A model generated the notes under the pieces. The model saw only the letters and a list, made by a program, of their open reading frames with translations, searched no databases and was not told the DNA's origin. Below, piece by piece: positions 45,201 to 54,900 of a stretch of 64,000 nucleotides of DNA. Source of the DNA: Patescibacteria group bacterium (GTDB taxonomy: Bacteria; Patescibacteriota; Patescibacteriia; Patescibacteriales; UBA12465); the NCBI GenBank assembly GCA_028687275.1, contig JAQUAK010000001.1, positions 100,213 to 164,212 on the forward strand. Reading direction: 5' to 3'. The position numbers were made by a program, and so were the translations under genes. The first letter of the stretch is position 1, and every line of letters begins with the position of its first letter.

Positions 45201-47144
45201 TATAGTAACAGTACTGGAAGCTATAACGTGGCGCAGGGGGTTAATTCTCTCTATGATAACACCACTGGAATCTACAACGTAGCGCAGGGGTCTAATGCTC
45301 TCATATATAATATTACAGGCAACTATAACTCTGCATTAGGTTCTGGCGCTGGTTCATTTATTACTGATGGAACAACAAAAAATACTACAGGAGATTATAA
45401 TTTATTTTTAGGAGTAAACACTAAGGCGCTTGCAGATAACGACCAGAATGAAATAGTTATTGGTTATAATGCTACTGGCCTAGGAAGCAATACTGTCGTT
45501 TTAGGAAATGATTCAATCACTAAAACAGCTTTAAAGGGCAACGTCGGCATTGGCACCACCAACCCAACTACTAAATTATATGTTAATGGTGGCACTGGTG
45601 ATGCAGTTAATGTTGGAGGAGGAAGAATTCGTGGTTTAAATACTACTCCAGTTAATGCTGATGAAGCTGTACCTCTAACTTATCTACAAAGTAATTACGG
45701 TACAAGTGCGAGTGAATTATGGAAAGGAACTATTAATGGAAATATCTGGAATGGTGACAGCGGTGCGGGAAATGTGGGCATTGGCATCACGAACCCAACT
45801 GCTAAACTACAAGTTTCTGGCAATATTACTTCAACTGATAATGTGCATGTTGGAAAAGATTATGCGCGCCTAATCTTAGGACAGCTCGGCACTGATGGCA
45901 GTGTTACTTTTGGAAGCTCCGGCAATTCTGTCCCGACAAATGGCACTCAAGATTATGGTTTTTATGCGGGCTATAATGCATATAGAGCCGATGACGGTTA
46001 CTGGTATCATTATAGAACCAATGCAGTTAATGCATATCGGTTTAGTGGCGGTCATCATCAGGCTGGTTTCACTTGGTCATATGCCCCTAATCAAGGCGCC
46101 GCGGCAATCTCCTGGACCGATTTAATGTATCTAAGTGCTGTTGGTAATTTAGGCATCGGCACTACCAACCCAACCACTAAATTATATGTTAATGGTGGCA
46201 CTGGTGATGCGGTTAATGTTGGAGGAGGTAGAATTCGTGGTCTAAATACTACTCCAGTTAATGCTGATGAAGCCGTACCTCTAACTTATCTACAAAGTAA
46301 TTATGGTACAAGTGCGAGTGAATTATGGAAAGGAACTATTAATGGAAACATTTGGAATGGTGATAGTGGGGCTGGCAATGTGGGGATTGGGACGACTAGC
46401 CCAGTTAGTAAATTGGATGTTGTTGGTAGTTCAGGCGATACTTATATAACCGTTCAGCAAAATAGCGGGGGCGGCGCTGGTCTTAGATTTCTTAGAAACC
46501 CGACTGGCTATGACAATGGATTTAAGAATAATGCTGGGATATTTTATATAACTACCAGTCAGAATAATTTTACATCAGAGAATAATAGAATGGCGGTTGA
46601 TTATAATGGTAATGTCGGCATTGGTGGTGATATTACCGCTGGCACAGATTTTACTGGCGCTAGCATGGTTATAAAATCTGGCAACGTCGGCATCGGCACC
46701 ACTAACCCAACCACTAAACTATTTGTTAATGGTGGCACTGGTGATGCAGTTAATGTTGGAGGAGGTAGAATTCGTGGTTTAAATACTACTCCAGTTAATG
46801 CTGATGAAGCCGTACCTCTAACTTATCTACAAAGTAATTATTCACCAACTTTAAATACTCATAAGTCAATTAATGATGCCAATTATACTGTGTTGGCTTC
46901 TGATTATGTAGTTGGTTATAGCGCTATCACTGCTAATCGCACCGTTACCCTTCCTGACGCTTTATGTGTGCCTGGAAAATTCTTTGTTATTCTTGATGAA
47001 AGTGGCCAGGCTGGCATTGGTAAAACAATTATTGTTGATCCAGAAGGCTCAACTCCAATTATTGGACAACCTACTTTTAATCTGATGGGTCCCTATAATT
47101 CTATTTATGTTTTCTGTGGTAATTCTGCTTGGTTTATACTATAA
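42294..47144 (+). CDS. giant secreted repeat protein 2 (~1616 aa)
   Basis: Uninterrupted ORF with a hydrophobic N-terminus, GNVGIGTT modules, five cassette copies, an Asn/Gly/Tyr-rich repeat block near 45000-45540 and a unique C-terminal domain (ANRTVTLPDALCVPGKFFVILDESG). Confidence 0.9.
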   Translation: MLKITLRTTIKMLGLLFIPIVFCFLFVPQTLAAVGLSVGSGTLNLGSAENLFYGNIGSASHASSSFLLLQKNSANIFKIDNFGNVSTPGVITATGGFVGSITGGVVNAENVSAGDFGAETMGGDYSFPGKVGIGTTDPEYKLTIRSDNLGISSTPVMSLRNSAAATLSLQQRSPAIILEGQGWNYLSQTSAPIKALIDILPLKKNTKQDVTNFTESTPLFVFKSLTGEAGEVTNLTIGTDPRWDRYTNFWAGEVVPNENNFSWQLKNSGAEQWFNSTGVTLFTINNVPKLNVKTQGILIGSFSWNATASQALHVIGNARVTGAYYDSSNSAGSSGAVLTSTGTGTSWSDIDMTDKWTKGGDTLGEKDTLGSIDLRDIGFKTNNQERLTILSDGNVGIGTTNPTTKLYVNGGTGDAVNVGGGRIRGLNTTPVNADEAVPLTYLQSNYGTSANELWKGTINGNIWNGDSGAGNVGIGTTEPSTKLDIQSVKAAVRIKSTTGTNYSTFYLNNAGGDFYVGRNNSVGTGLVTTGGLPYAGTLNAQGVYPLQFATNNSVAMTIINGGNVGVGTATPGVKLDVADGLIRQSGFLVSDAISDNMLVNGDFEMNSTLGWSGLTGIATEGVSGKYAAEIVGYRSISSYDYIPVNPTEDIFQLEAWVKKSYTGTNPGLIYFGYYAYDGDKNLITSAPCGTYCYFAASGYTIPDNGAWHKLSSVTTGEGTSYPNFPVGTRYVKIMGLINYNSTGNSITLLDHVTLKRIYKGPLIAGNNFSSSNRVDNYQYSTLYTTANNLIIDTVGNVGIGTTNPTTKLYVNAGTGDVVNVGGGRIRGLNTTPVNADEAVPLTYLQSNYAPIGSGAGSAFVQGGNSFGSIANLGTNDNYPLNIETNNAIRMTVLGNGNVGIGTTAPNNLLQVAGLINFNDTDFNTFIGRNAGLNVVAGAQYNTFLGYEAGRSAGGTGAADFNVAVGRRALYSNSTGSYNVAQGVNSLYDNTTGIYNVAQGSNALIYNITGNYNSALGSGAGSFITDGTTKNTTGDYNLFLGVNTKALADNDQNEIVIGYNATGLGSNTVVLGNDSITKTALKGNVGIGTTNPTTKLYVNGGTGDAVNVGGGRIRGLNTTPVNADEAVPLTYLQSNYGTSASELWKGTINGNIWNGDSGAGNVGIGITNPTAKLQVSGNITSTDNVHVGKDYARLILGQLGTDGSVTFGSSGNSVPTNGTQDYGFYAGYNAYRADDGYWYHYRTNAVNAYRFSGGHHQAGFTWSYAPNQGAAAISWTDLMYLSAVGNLGIGTTNPTTKLYVNGGTGDAVNVGGGRIRGLNTTPVNADEAVPLTYLQSNYGTSASELWKGTINGNIWNGDSGAGNVGIGTTSPVSKLDVVGSSGDTYITVQQNSGGGAGLRFLRNPTGYDNGFKNNAGIFYITTSQNNFTSENNRMAVDYNGNVGIGGDITAGTDFTGASMVIKSGNVGIGTTNPTTKLFVNGGTGDAVNVGGGRIRGLNTTPVNADEAVPLTYLQSNYSPTLNTHKSINDANYTVLASDYVVGYSAITANRTVTLPDALCVPGKFFVILDESGQAGIGKTIIVDPEGSTPIIGQPTFNLMGPYNSIYVFCGNSAWFIL
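43470..43631 (+). repeat. 162-bp cassette copy 6 (YVNGG)
   Basis: In-frame copy. Followed by extension B (SANELWKG variant). Confidence 0.95.
44676..44837 (+). repeat. 162-bp cassette copy 7 (YVNAG, DVVNV)
   Basis: In-frame copy. Followed by extension A, NIETNNAIR subtype. Confidence 0.95.
45537..45698 (+). repeat. 162-bp cassette copy 8 (YVNGG)
   Basis: In-frame copy. Followed by extension B. Confidence 0.95.
46143..46304 (+). repeat. 162-bp cassette copy 9 (YVNGG)
   Basis: In-frame copy. Followed by extension B. Confidence 0.95.
46680..46841 (+). repeat. 162-bp cassette copy 10 (FVNGG), last module before the C-terminal tip
   Basis: In-frame copy with no extension. The unique C-terminal domain starts right after SNY. 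Confidence 0.95.
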
Positions 47145-47236
47145 TATTTACAGTAGTTATTATATTTTTTATTTATTAATCATAAAATAATTTAATTAAT
47201 CGACTTAGGAATTATCATTCCACGGTCAGCAAATTT

Positions 47237-47998
47237 ATGAACAAAACACTAAAAATTGCCGGCATCGCATTGCTGGCTGTGGTCGTAGTAGGCCTACTCG
47301 TTTGGGTCTACATGAATCAGTCAGGCTCAAATATGATGGGTACTGATAACAAGGTAAATAAAGTTGAAGGTGTGCCAGATGCAATGTTGGAGGATCAAAC
47401 TCCTGAAGCAGCTCAGGCTACTCAAGATTTAATCAATGACTTAGTTGTTGATGGTAATCAAGAAATGCAAACCATCCAAACTGCTGGTGACATGGATGCT
47501 GAGGGTATGGTTGATGAGAATGGGGAACCAATCCCTGCTACTACTAAGGAAATAAAAATGGTAGTAGTTTCTCCTGGTACTAGTGGTATCAATGTGGATA
47601 CTGGCAAAGTCATTACTCAATCAGGTGATGCCGTTGCTAATGATGTTAGCGCTGGCTCACAAGCAGCTCCTCAATCATCTTTTCCGATTGACGTAGCTGA
47701 ATTACCAAAATCAACTATTAAACTAGCTGTTAACAGCACTAGTTTTACTCCAAATGAATTTACCGTTAATCGCGGACAAGCCGTTAGTTTGGCGGTAACT
47801 AATACTAACACTAATACTTTTTCTGCAATTTTCCGTTTTGATGATCCATCTTTATCAAGTGTAGTTATAGGTTTATCTAAGGATGAAACTCGCTCCATTA
47901 CATTTAACGCTCCTGATAAGGCTGGTGAATATACTTTCTATAACGCTATGTTTGACCATCGTTCTCAAGGTGCGGCTGGCAAGATGATTGTAAAATAA
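47237..47998 (+). CDS. membrane-anchored cupredoxin-like protein (paralog 3; Cys ligand lost)
   Basis: IKLAVNSTSFTPNEFTVNRGQAVSLAV..YTFYNAMFDHRSQGAAGKMIVK. Confidence 0.65.
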   Translation: MNKTLKIAGIALLAVVVVGLLVWVYMNQSGSNMMGTDNKVNKVEGVPDAMLEDQTPEAAQATQDLINDLVVDGNQEMQTIQTAGDMDAEGMVDENGEPIPATTKEIKMVVVSPGTSGINVDTGKVITQSGDAVANDVSAGSQAAPQSSFPIDVAELPKSTIKLAVNSTSFTPNEFTVNRGQAVSLAVTNTNTNTFSAIFRFDDPSLSSVVIGLSKDETRSITFNAPDKAGEYTFYNAMFDHRSQGAAGKMIVK

Positions 47999-48020
47999 GT
48001 CAGAGTTTCTATTGATTTTT

Positions 48021-48068
48021 GGGCGGGCCTTATTGGTCTGCGGACAAGGGCCCGCCCAGTCAATTTTT
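48021..48068 (+). terminator. GC-rich hairpin terminator
   Basis: gggcgggcc..ggcccgccc forms a 9-bp GC stem followed by agtcaatttttt. It lies inside the ORF-track N-terminal extension of the next gene. Confidence 0.7.
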
Positions 48069-48078
48069 TAAAGAGAAA

Positions 48079-51000
48079 ATGATTATGAGAAATGGTGTAG
48101 TAATTCGTGGATTGTTCTTGATGCTACTTGTAGCTGGTCTTTTTGTTTTTGGCGTTAATTCAGGCTCAGCTGCCTATATTACCGCTGGCAATAGTCAGTG
48201 GCTCCAGAATGCATCCTCGATTTATTACGATTCTGGTAATGTTGGGATTGGAACGACTAACCCAACTTCTAAATTGCATGTTAATGGCACGTCTTATTTT
48301 GGAGGTACTAGATTTGCGACCGCACCAGAAGTTATAAACACTACTGATAGCGGTATAACTGTATTAAAAAATCTGGCTACTTTAAATGATGCCGTTAGCA
48401 GTGATTTAGGGGCTATCGTTGTAGACACTACTATTCCTTTTGTATCTAATCTTTATAATCAGCATACAATGAAATTTTCTGGTTATAATGGATCTGCGTT
48501 TGAATTTAGAATTGGTGGTTATTCTTATGGCGCACCTGGCTCAGAGATTTATACTGAAGGAAGATACTATAATACTTCTGTTGAGCAATTTGCGGGATCA
48601 TATAGAGCTTACAAGAATAATACTACTGGTAATTTGTCTTTTGCTTTTGGGTCTGTTGATGCATCATATGGTAAAATTAAATTTTCTGTAGACGAGTGGA
48701 TAAGCGGTCACAATACTCTTGCAGGTAATTATTCAGAAGGATGGACGGTTTCAACAAAATCTGACTTGTCTGGTTATACGTTATTAGCCACACTAACAAA
48801 TGGTAATTATTTTAACACTATTAATACTGCTTATTTTGGTGGCTCCGTCGGCATCGGTACCACCAACCCCACCACTAAATTATTTGTTAATGGTGGCACT
48901 GGTGATGCAGTTAATGTTGGAGGAGGTAGAATTCGTGGTCTAAACACTACTCCAGTTAATGCCGATGAAGCTGTGCCTCTAACCTATCTACAAAGTAATT
49001 ATGCTCCTATTGGTTCTGGAGCTGGATCTGCCTTTGTTCAAGGTGGTAATTCTTTTGGATCTATTGCTAACTTAGGCACCAACGACAATTATCCTTTAAA
49101 TATTAAAACAAACAATGCTACTCAGATGACAGTGTTGGGTAATGGTAATGTGGGGATTGGGACTACTAATCCTTTGAGTTTATTACATCTTTATGGAGCA
49201 ACTGGGGCAACTACTGAATATATAAAATTTACTTCCGCTGATGGTGGTGATATCAGGTTTGGTAAACAGACAGGAGTTAACAATGATGCCATTATTGGAA
49301 CCTGGACTAATAATAATTTATCTTTTTATACAAATACAGGAGAGAGAGTGAGAATAACAAACACGGGCAACGTCGGAATCGGAACGACGAATCCTCAAAC
49401 CAAATTAGATGTAACAGGGCCAGTCAATATTATAGGACAAACTATTAATGGGATTAGTCATTATCAGTTTGAAGGAGCGACTTATCGGAATCCTGGAGAC
49501 TTTACTCCATCTCTGTTAATTAGACAAGATAACCCCAATCCAAATCCTAGTGGCTTTAAGCCTGCTTTATCTTTATACAATAATGATGGCTCGCTAAATA
49601 CAACAGTAGGTCTATCTTTTGTTTCAAGAGGGCTCAACACAGGAACGGTTGCCGTAGAGTTAGGTGGAATAATGGCAATTAATGAAGTTAATGGTTCTGC
49701 TGGAGGTTGGGCCGGCGGGGGATTACTTCTGTATACTCAAAACCTTGGCACTAGAGTAGACGCTTTAAGAATTTTAACTGGCGGCAACGTAGGCATAGGC
49801 ACTACTAATCCAACTACTAAATTATATGTTAACGCTGGCACCGGTGATGCAGTTAATGTTGGTGGTGGTAGAATTCGTGGTTTAAATACTACTCCAGTTA
49901 ATGCTGATGAAGCCGTACCTCTAACTTATCTACAAAGTAATTACGGTACAAGTGCGAGTGAATTATGGAAAGGAACTATTAATGGAAATATCTGGAATGG
50001 TGACAGCGGTGCGGGAAATGTTGGTATTGGAACGACGAATCCTGGGGCTTATAGATTGAATGTTTCTGGAAATGGCCTTTTCTCTGATACATTAACTGTT
50101 AACAAAGGCGTTAAGTATGCCACACCAGCGGCTGTTTATTTTGAAAACATTGCGCTACAAAATAATAGTTCTATTCCTAGCGGCTTTATTAAATTTGTAA
50201 CTCCTATTAGAACAAGTCATAATCAAATGTTCTCTGTGGACATTACGGGTTATGATTATAACACTGGCAAGAGCATTGATTTTACTGTTGTTGGTTACGC
50301 ATATTCTGGTACGGACTCTATTATTAATCTTGGCTTTTCAAATCGTTCAAGTTTTAAAAGAGAAGTGAGGGCCGCGTTGGAGGATAGAGGTGATGGTTAT
50401 CGCGTTTTAGTTATTGCCTTAGGCGCTAGTGATGTTGATGGAAATTGTAGCGAAGCTTGGTATTTTCAGAAATTTGGAGCAACGGTAAGGTTGTGGGCAG
50501 GGGCCTCAACAAGTTATACTGCTGACCAGTTTTCTTGGGTTAACGGGGAAGCCTCTTTAGCCGCTGGACACTTAAAAAGTAGTAATTTAAATAATCAACA
50601 ATTAGACGGAGCCTTGGGAACAATTATAACCACAGGATCCGTCGGCATCGGCACTACTAACCCAACCACTAAATTATATGTTAATGCTGGCACTGGTGAT
50701 GCAGTTAATGTTGGAGGAGGAAGAATTCGTGGTTTAAATACTACTCCAGTTAATGCTGATGAAGCTGTGCCTTTAACTTATCTACAAAGTAATTACGGTA
50801 CAAGTGCGAGTGAATTATGGAAAGGAACTAAGAATGGAAACATTTGGAATGGCGATAGTGGTGCTGGTAATGTTGGGATTGGGACGACGAATCCGGTAGG
50901 CAAGTTGACTGTGGCGGGATCTGCTAATCAAGTGGATGTTTTAGTTGATGGTAATTTAAGAATATCTGGTGCAAGTAATCAATATTTGAGGTTTAATGAC

Positions 51001-51900
51001 AATACTCATAGTTATATTGATATTGTTGGAGATAGTGGTATTTTGAAATTTAACAATCAAAACGTTGGGACAGCCATGTCAATTCTTTACAATGGTAATG
51101 TTGGTGTCGGTACGGACGCTCCGGTTGCAAAATTGACAGTTTATCAAGGCATGTCTGATTACAGCACTTCATTCACAGCACCTCATATTAGATTACAGGC
51201 TAGTACGGCGGTGGATAATACTGGTTTTGTCGGCATCACTTATGCCGGCAGTACTTCTGATACTTATGGTTGGTCGTCTGGAGCTTTAAGAAGTAATAGT
51301 GGGCAATCAAGTTTCATTTGGAAACATCACAGTGCTAGCGCTGCCGGTACAGAATGGATGAGAATTACTAATACTGGTGATATTGGCATCGGCACCACCA
51401 ATCCAACCACTAAATTATTTGTTAATGGTGGCACTGGTGATGCGGTTAATGTTGGAGGAGGCAGGATTCGTGGTTTAAATACTACCCCAATTAATGCTGA
51501 TGAAGCCGTACCTCTAACTTATCTGCAAAGTAATTATACTCCAACTAGTATGAGTGCTAGCGTTTATGCTACTTCAACTCCTTCTAGTTATAATGGTAAT
51601 CAGGGAGGGTATACCAGCGCTAATGCTTTTTGTAGCGCAACTTTAGCTGGCACCCATGTCTGTACTTCGGAAGAAATATTGCAAACGATAAATGGTGGCA
51701 GTATTAGCTTGCCCGCCAATACTACTCTTTGGATAAATAGTGGACCTCCCGGTTATACGGTTAATGCTAATGATTGTATTGGTTGGACTAGTGCTAGTGC
51801 AACTAGTTACGGCACTGTTTGGGTTAGATTAGCCAGTGGCGATGGCTTTGGTGCTTTGAATAAGTGTGATGGTAGTCGCCGTTATGCTTGTTGTAAGTAA
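48079..51900 (+). CDS. giant secreted repeat protein 3 (~1273 aa) with Cys-containing lectin-like C-terminal domain
   Basis: Start at ATG 48079 (MIMRNGVVIRGLFLMLLVAGLFVFGVNSGSAA). It has four cassette copies and a C-terminus reading CSATLAGTHVCTSEEIL..WINSG..CIGWTS..CDGSRRYACCK. Confidence 0.9.
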   Translation: MIMRNGVVIRGLFLMLLVAGLFVFGVNSGSAAYITAGNSQWLQNASSIYYDSGNVGIGTTNPTSKLHVNGTSYFGGTRFATAPEVINTTDSGITVLKNLATLNDAVSSDLGAIVVDTTIPFVSNLYNQHTMKFSGYNGSAFEFRIGGYSYGAPGSEIYTEGRYYNTSVEQFAGSYRAYKNNTTGNLSFAFGSVDASYGKIKFSVDEWISGHNTLAGNYSEGWTVSTKSDLSGYTLLATLTNGNYFNTINTAYFGGSVGIGTTNPTTKLFVNGGTGDAVNVGGGRIRGLNTTPVNADEAVPLTYLQSNYAPIGSGAGSAFVQGGNSFGSIANLGTNDNYPLNIKTNNATQMTVLGNGNVGIGTTNPLSLLHLYGATGATTEYIKFTSADGGDIRFGKQTGVNNDAIIGTWTNNNLSFYTNTGERVRITNTGNVGIGTTNPQTKLDVTGPVNIIGQTINGISHYQFEGATYRNPGDFTPSLLIRQDNPNPNPSGFKPALSLYNNDGSLNTTVGLSFVSRGLNTGTVAVELGGIMAINEVNGSAGGWAGGGLLLYTQNLGTRVDALRILTGGNVGIGTTNPTTKLYVNAGTGDAVNVGGGRIRGLNTTPVNADEAVPLTYLQSNYGTSASELWKGTINGNIWNGDSGAGNVGIGTTNPGAYRLNVSGNGLFSDTLTVNKGVKYATPAAVYFENIALQNNSSIPSGFIKFVTPIRTSHNQMFSVDITGYDYNTGKSIDFTVVGYAYSGTDSIINLGFSNRSSFKREVRAALEDRGDGYRVLVIALGASDVDGNCSEAWYFQKFGATVRLWAGASTSYTADQFSWVNGEASLAAGHLKSSNLNNQQLDGALGTIITTGSVGIGTTNPTTKLYVNAGTGDAVNVGGGRIRGLNTTPVNADEAVPLTYLQSNYGTSASELWKGTKNGNIWNGDSGAGNVGIGTTNPVGKLTVAGSANQVDVLVDGNLRISGASNQYLRFNDNTHSYIDIVGDSGILKFNNQNVGTAMSILYNGNVGVGTDAPVAKLTVYQGMSDYSTSFTAPHIRLQASTAVDNTGFVGITYAGSTSDTYGWSSGALRSNSGQSSFIWKHHSASAAGTEWMRITNTGDIGIGTTNPTTKLFVNGGTGDAVNVGGGRIRGLNTTPINADEAVPLTYLQSNYTPTSMSASVYATSTPSSYNGNQGGYTSANAFCSATLAGTHVCTSEEILQTINGGSISLPANTTLWINSGPPGYTVNANDCIGWTSASATSYGTVWVRLASGDGFGALNKCDGSRRYACCK
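48841..49002 (+). repeat. 162-bp cassette copy 11 (FVNGG)
   Basis: In-frame copy. Followed by extension A, NIKTNNATQ subtype. Confidence 0.95.
49783..49944 (+). repeat. 162-bp cassette copy 12 (YVNAG)
   Basis: In-frame copy. Followed by extension B. Confidence 0.95.
50635..50796 (+). repeat. 162-bp cassette copy 13 (YVNAG)
   Basis: In-frame copy. Followed by extension B (TKNGN variant). Confidence 0.95.
51376..51537 (+). repeat. 162-bp cassette copy 14 (FVNGG, PINADEAV), last module before the C-terminal tip
   Basis: In-frame copy with no extension. The lectin-like tip follows. Confidence 0.95.
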
Positions 51901-51939
51901 ATTATTTTTTAAATCTTTTTGATATATAACTTTTTAAAT

Positions 51940-54900
51940 ATGAAATTATCAAAATTACTTCTAGTGTTAGTCGGATTTGGTCTCTTTATGGCTATCCCAG
52001 CCTTAGCAGACACCTCTACCCGTGGTTGTGAGACTAACACTTTAAAAAATGGCGAGTATTGTAACTGGCTGGAAGGGAAATCATGGTGTGCCGGCAATAC
52101 TACTGTTTGTGCAGTTGAATCAACGACTGCTTGCCCCAGCAATCCTAGTAACGGAGCTTATGCCTTTAGTTGTAATTCTAATAATTGTGTTTTAACCTGT
52201 AATTCTGGTTATACGAATTGTTCGGGCACTTGTACGGTAACTGGTAGCTCAGCTAATTGTGCTACTTATAATACTTGTACATCGACTTGTACTGCCTGTA
52301 ATTCTGGTTATACCTTATCAGGCGGTGTTTGTATCGCCGCTACTTTAAAGCTCGGTTCAGGCTCAGTTTCTGGTAATACGGTCATACAAGATTTAGCTAG
52401 TCCTCATGTGTATGTGTCTGGGAATAAATTAGGAGTTGGTGAATCTAATCCTAGTGCCAATCTACACATAACTTCTTCAACAGGCACAGAAGGTCTAAGA
52501 ATTATCTCTAGTAATTACTCTCCTTTCATCATTCGTAATTCTGCTAATAATGCTGATTTATTTCGTATTGATCAAAATGGTAACATCACTGCTTTAGGTC
52601 TATTATCCGGATCAAATAATTATTGGAATTTAAGTGGTAGTAATTTATATGCCTCTTCAACTTCTTGGAATTTAGGTATTGGCACCACCAACCCAACTTC
52701 TAAATTAACAGTCCTAGGTACAGTTAACTCTAATAGCACTGTTACCGCCACTGGTTTCTGTATTGGTGCTGAGTGTAAAACAAGTTGGAGTGGTGACGGT
52801 TGGTCCTTAGATGGTAATACTGTTGGCAGGGTAACCTCAATCGGTACTCTAGATAATTATGATATGCCATTTTTAGCCAATGGTGTTGAAAGAATGCGTT
52901 TAATGAATAATGGTAATCTAGTAATCGGAGCAGCCACAACTGGTGTCAGATTACACGTTGAAAGTCCTCAAGGAGCAGTTGCTTTCTTTAAGAGCACTTT
53001 AAACGGAGGTAGCTATGCTGGTTATATCGGTAATGGACAAACATTCTCTGCTGAAGAATTTGGTTTATACTATGCCTTAAATGATACTCGTTTAGCCACT
53101 TATGATGTCACTAACTCCTTATTACTCTATGGTGGACATCTAAATACAGACGCTCGTTTAGTTATTAAGGAAAGCACTGGTAATGTGGGTATTGGGACAA
53201 CCGCACCTAATAAAAAATTGGAAGTTAATGGGGACATCGGAATTACAAGAGGAAAGAGTATTATTGCTCAATATTCTGGCAGTGATAGAGCATATATTAA
53301 GTTTACAGATACAAATGATATTCAATTAAGTAATTATTATTCAACCGTTCTTCATATTGGAGGGGATTCAAATAGAGGCAACGTCGGTATAGGCACTACT
53401 AACCCAACTACTAAATTATATGTTAATGGTGGCGTTGGCGATGTAGTTAATGTTGGAGGAGGTAGGATTCGTGGTTTAAATACTACTCCAGTTAATGCTG
53501 ACGAAGCTGTACCTTTAAGTTATTTACAAGGTAATTATGCTCCTAGTGGCGCTGCTTTTGTTCAGGGTGGTAATTCTTTTGGCTCTATTGCTAACTTAGG
53601 TACAAATGATAATTATCCTTTAAATATTGAAACTAATAATGCTATTAGAATGACAGTGTTGGCTAATGGAAATGTGGGAATTGGGATGACGAACCCAACT
53701 TCAATATTAGATATAAAAAGTCCAGTTACTCCAATCCTAACTTTATCATCTGGCTCCGGCACTATTCTTGCCGGCGATATTGTTTCATCACTTAATACTT
53801 ATATACCAAATGAGGGGTCTGGAATAGCGAACAGGATAGTATCTTCAATTCAGTCTATTGCTGATGTTAATTATGAGGGAGCTCAAGCACCCACGGCATT
53901 AGCTTTTTTAACTCAGCCAGTAGGGGGTGTTGCAGTTAGTGAAAAAATGAGAATTACTGCTAGTGGTAATGTGGGTATTGGTACAACTAATCCAGGGACA
54001 AAATTAGAGGTCGTTGGTACATCAAAGTTTAATGGCCAAATTACTAATTCAACATTAGCAGGAACTGGTAATCGTTGTTTATATGTTGATGCCTCTGGTA
54101 ATGTTTCCGCTAAAGGAGTTGACTGCGGAACATCTACGGGCGGAGATGATATGGGTAATCATATTGCTACTCAAAATATCAGACTAGGAAATTACTGGTT
54201 GTCTGGTGATGGCGGTAATGAAGGGGTCTTTGTAAAAGCAGACGGTAATGTCGGTATTGGCACGACGAATCCATCTTTCAATCTAGATGTAAACGGCTCC
54301 GCTAACATCAAAAATGTTCTTAGGTCTGATAATTGGCGTCATGTGTTATCCAAAAGCTTTACTTCTTCCGCTACTAACGGTTATTTGTTGACCACAGCCA
54401 TACCTTATGACGGAGTGGCAAACAGAGGTATGCATTCGGTTAGAATAACTGGTTATGCTTATGGCAATCAAGAGCCTATTGATTTTGTGGTTAATTTTTA
54501 TCTTTATTCTGGCTCAATTGGCCGTGGTTGGACTAATTTTGGCGCTTATGATCCGGGAACAGTTAGAATTTCTTACGAAGGCGGCTTTGTTAAAATTTGG
54601 TGGTCTAATATAATTTATTATCCTAACTTCGAAGTTTTTACTAGTACTAATGGCGCCCTTACTAATACAGACTCATATTTTGAAGGATGGAATATTACCG
54701 ACGCCGTCTCACCAAGTACTTATGTAGACACTACTTATAAAAATGCTCAACCACAAGGGTTGACCATGGGAGGAAATATTATATTAAATAGTAACTGGTT
54801 AAGTGGAGATGGGGGCAACGAAGGAATCTTTGTGAATTCATCTGGCAACGTTGGCATCGGCACTACCAACCCAACTACTAAATTATATGTTGACGCTGGC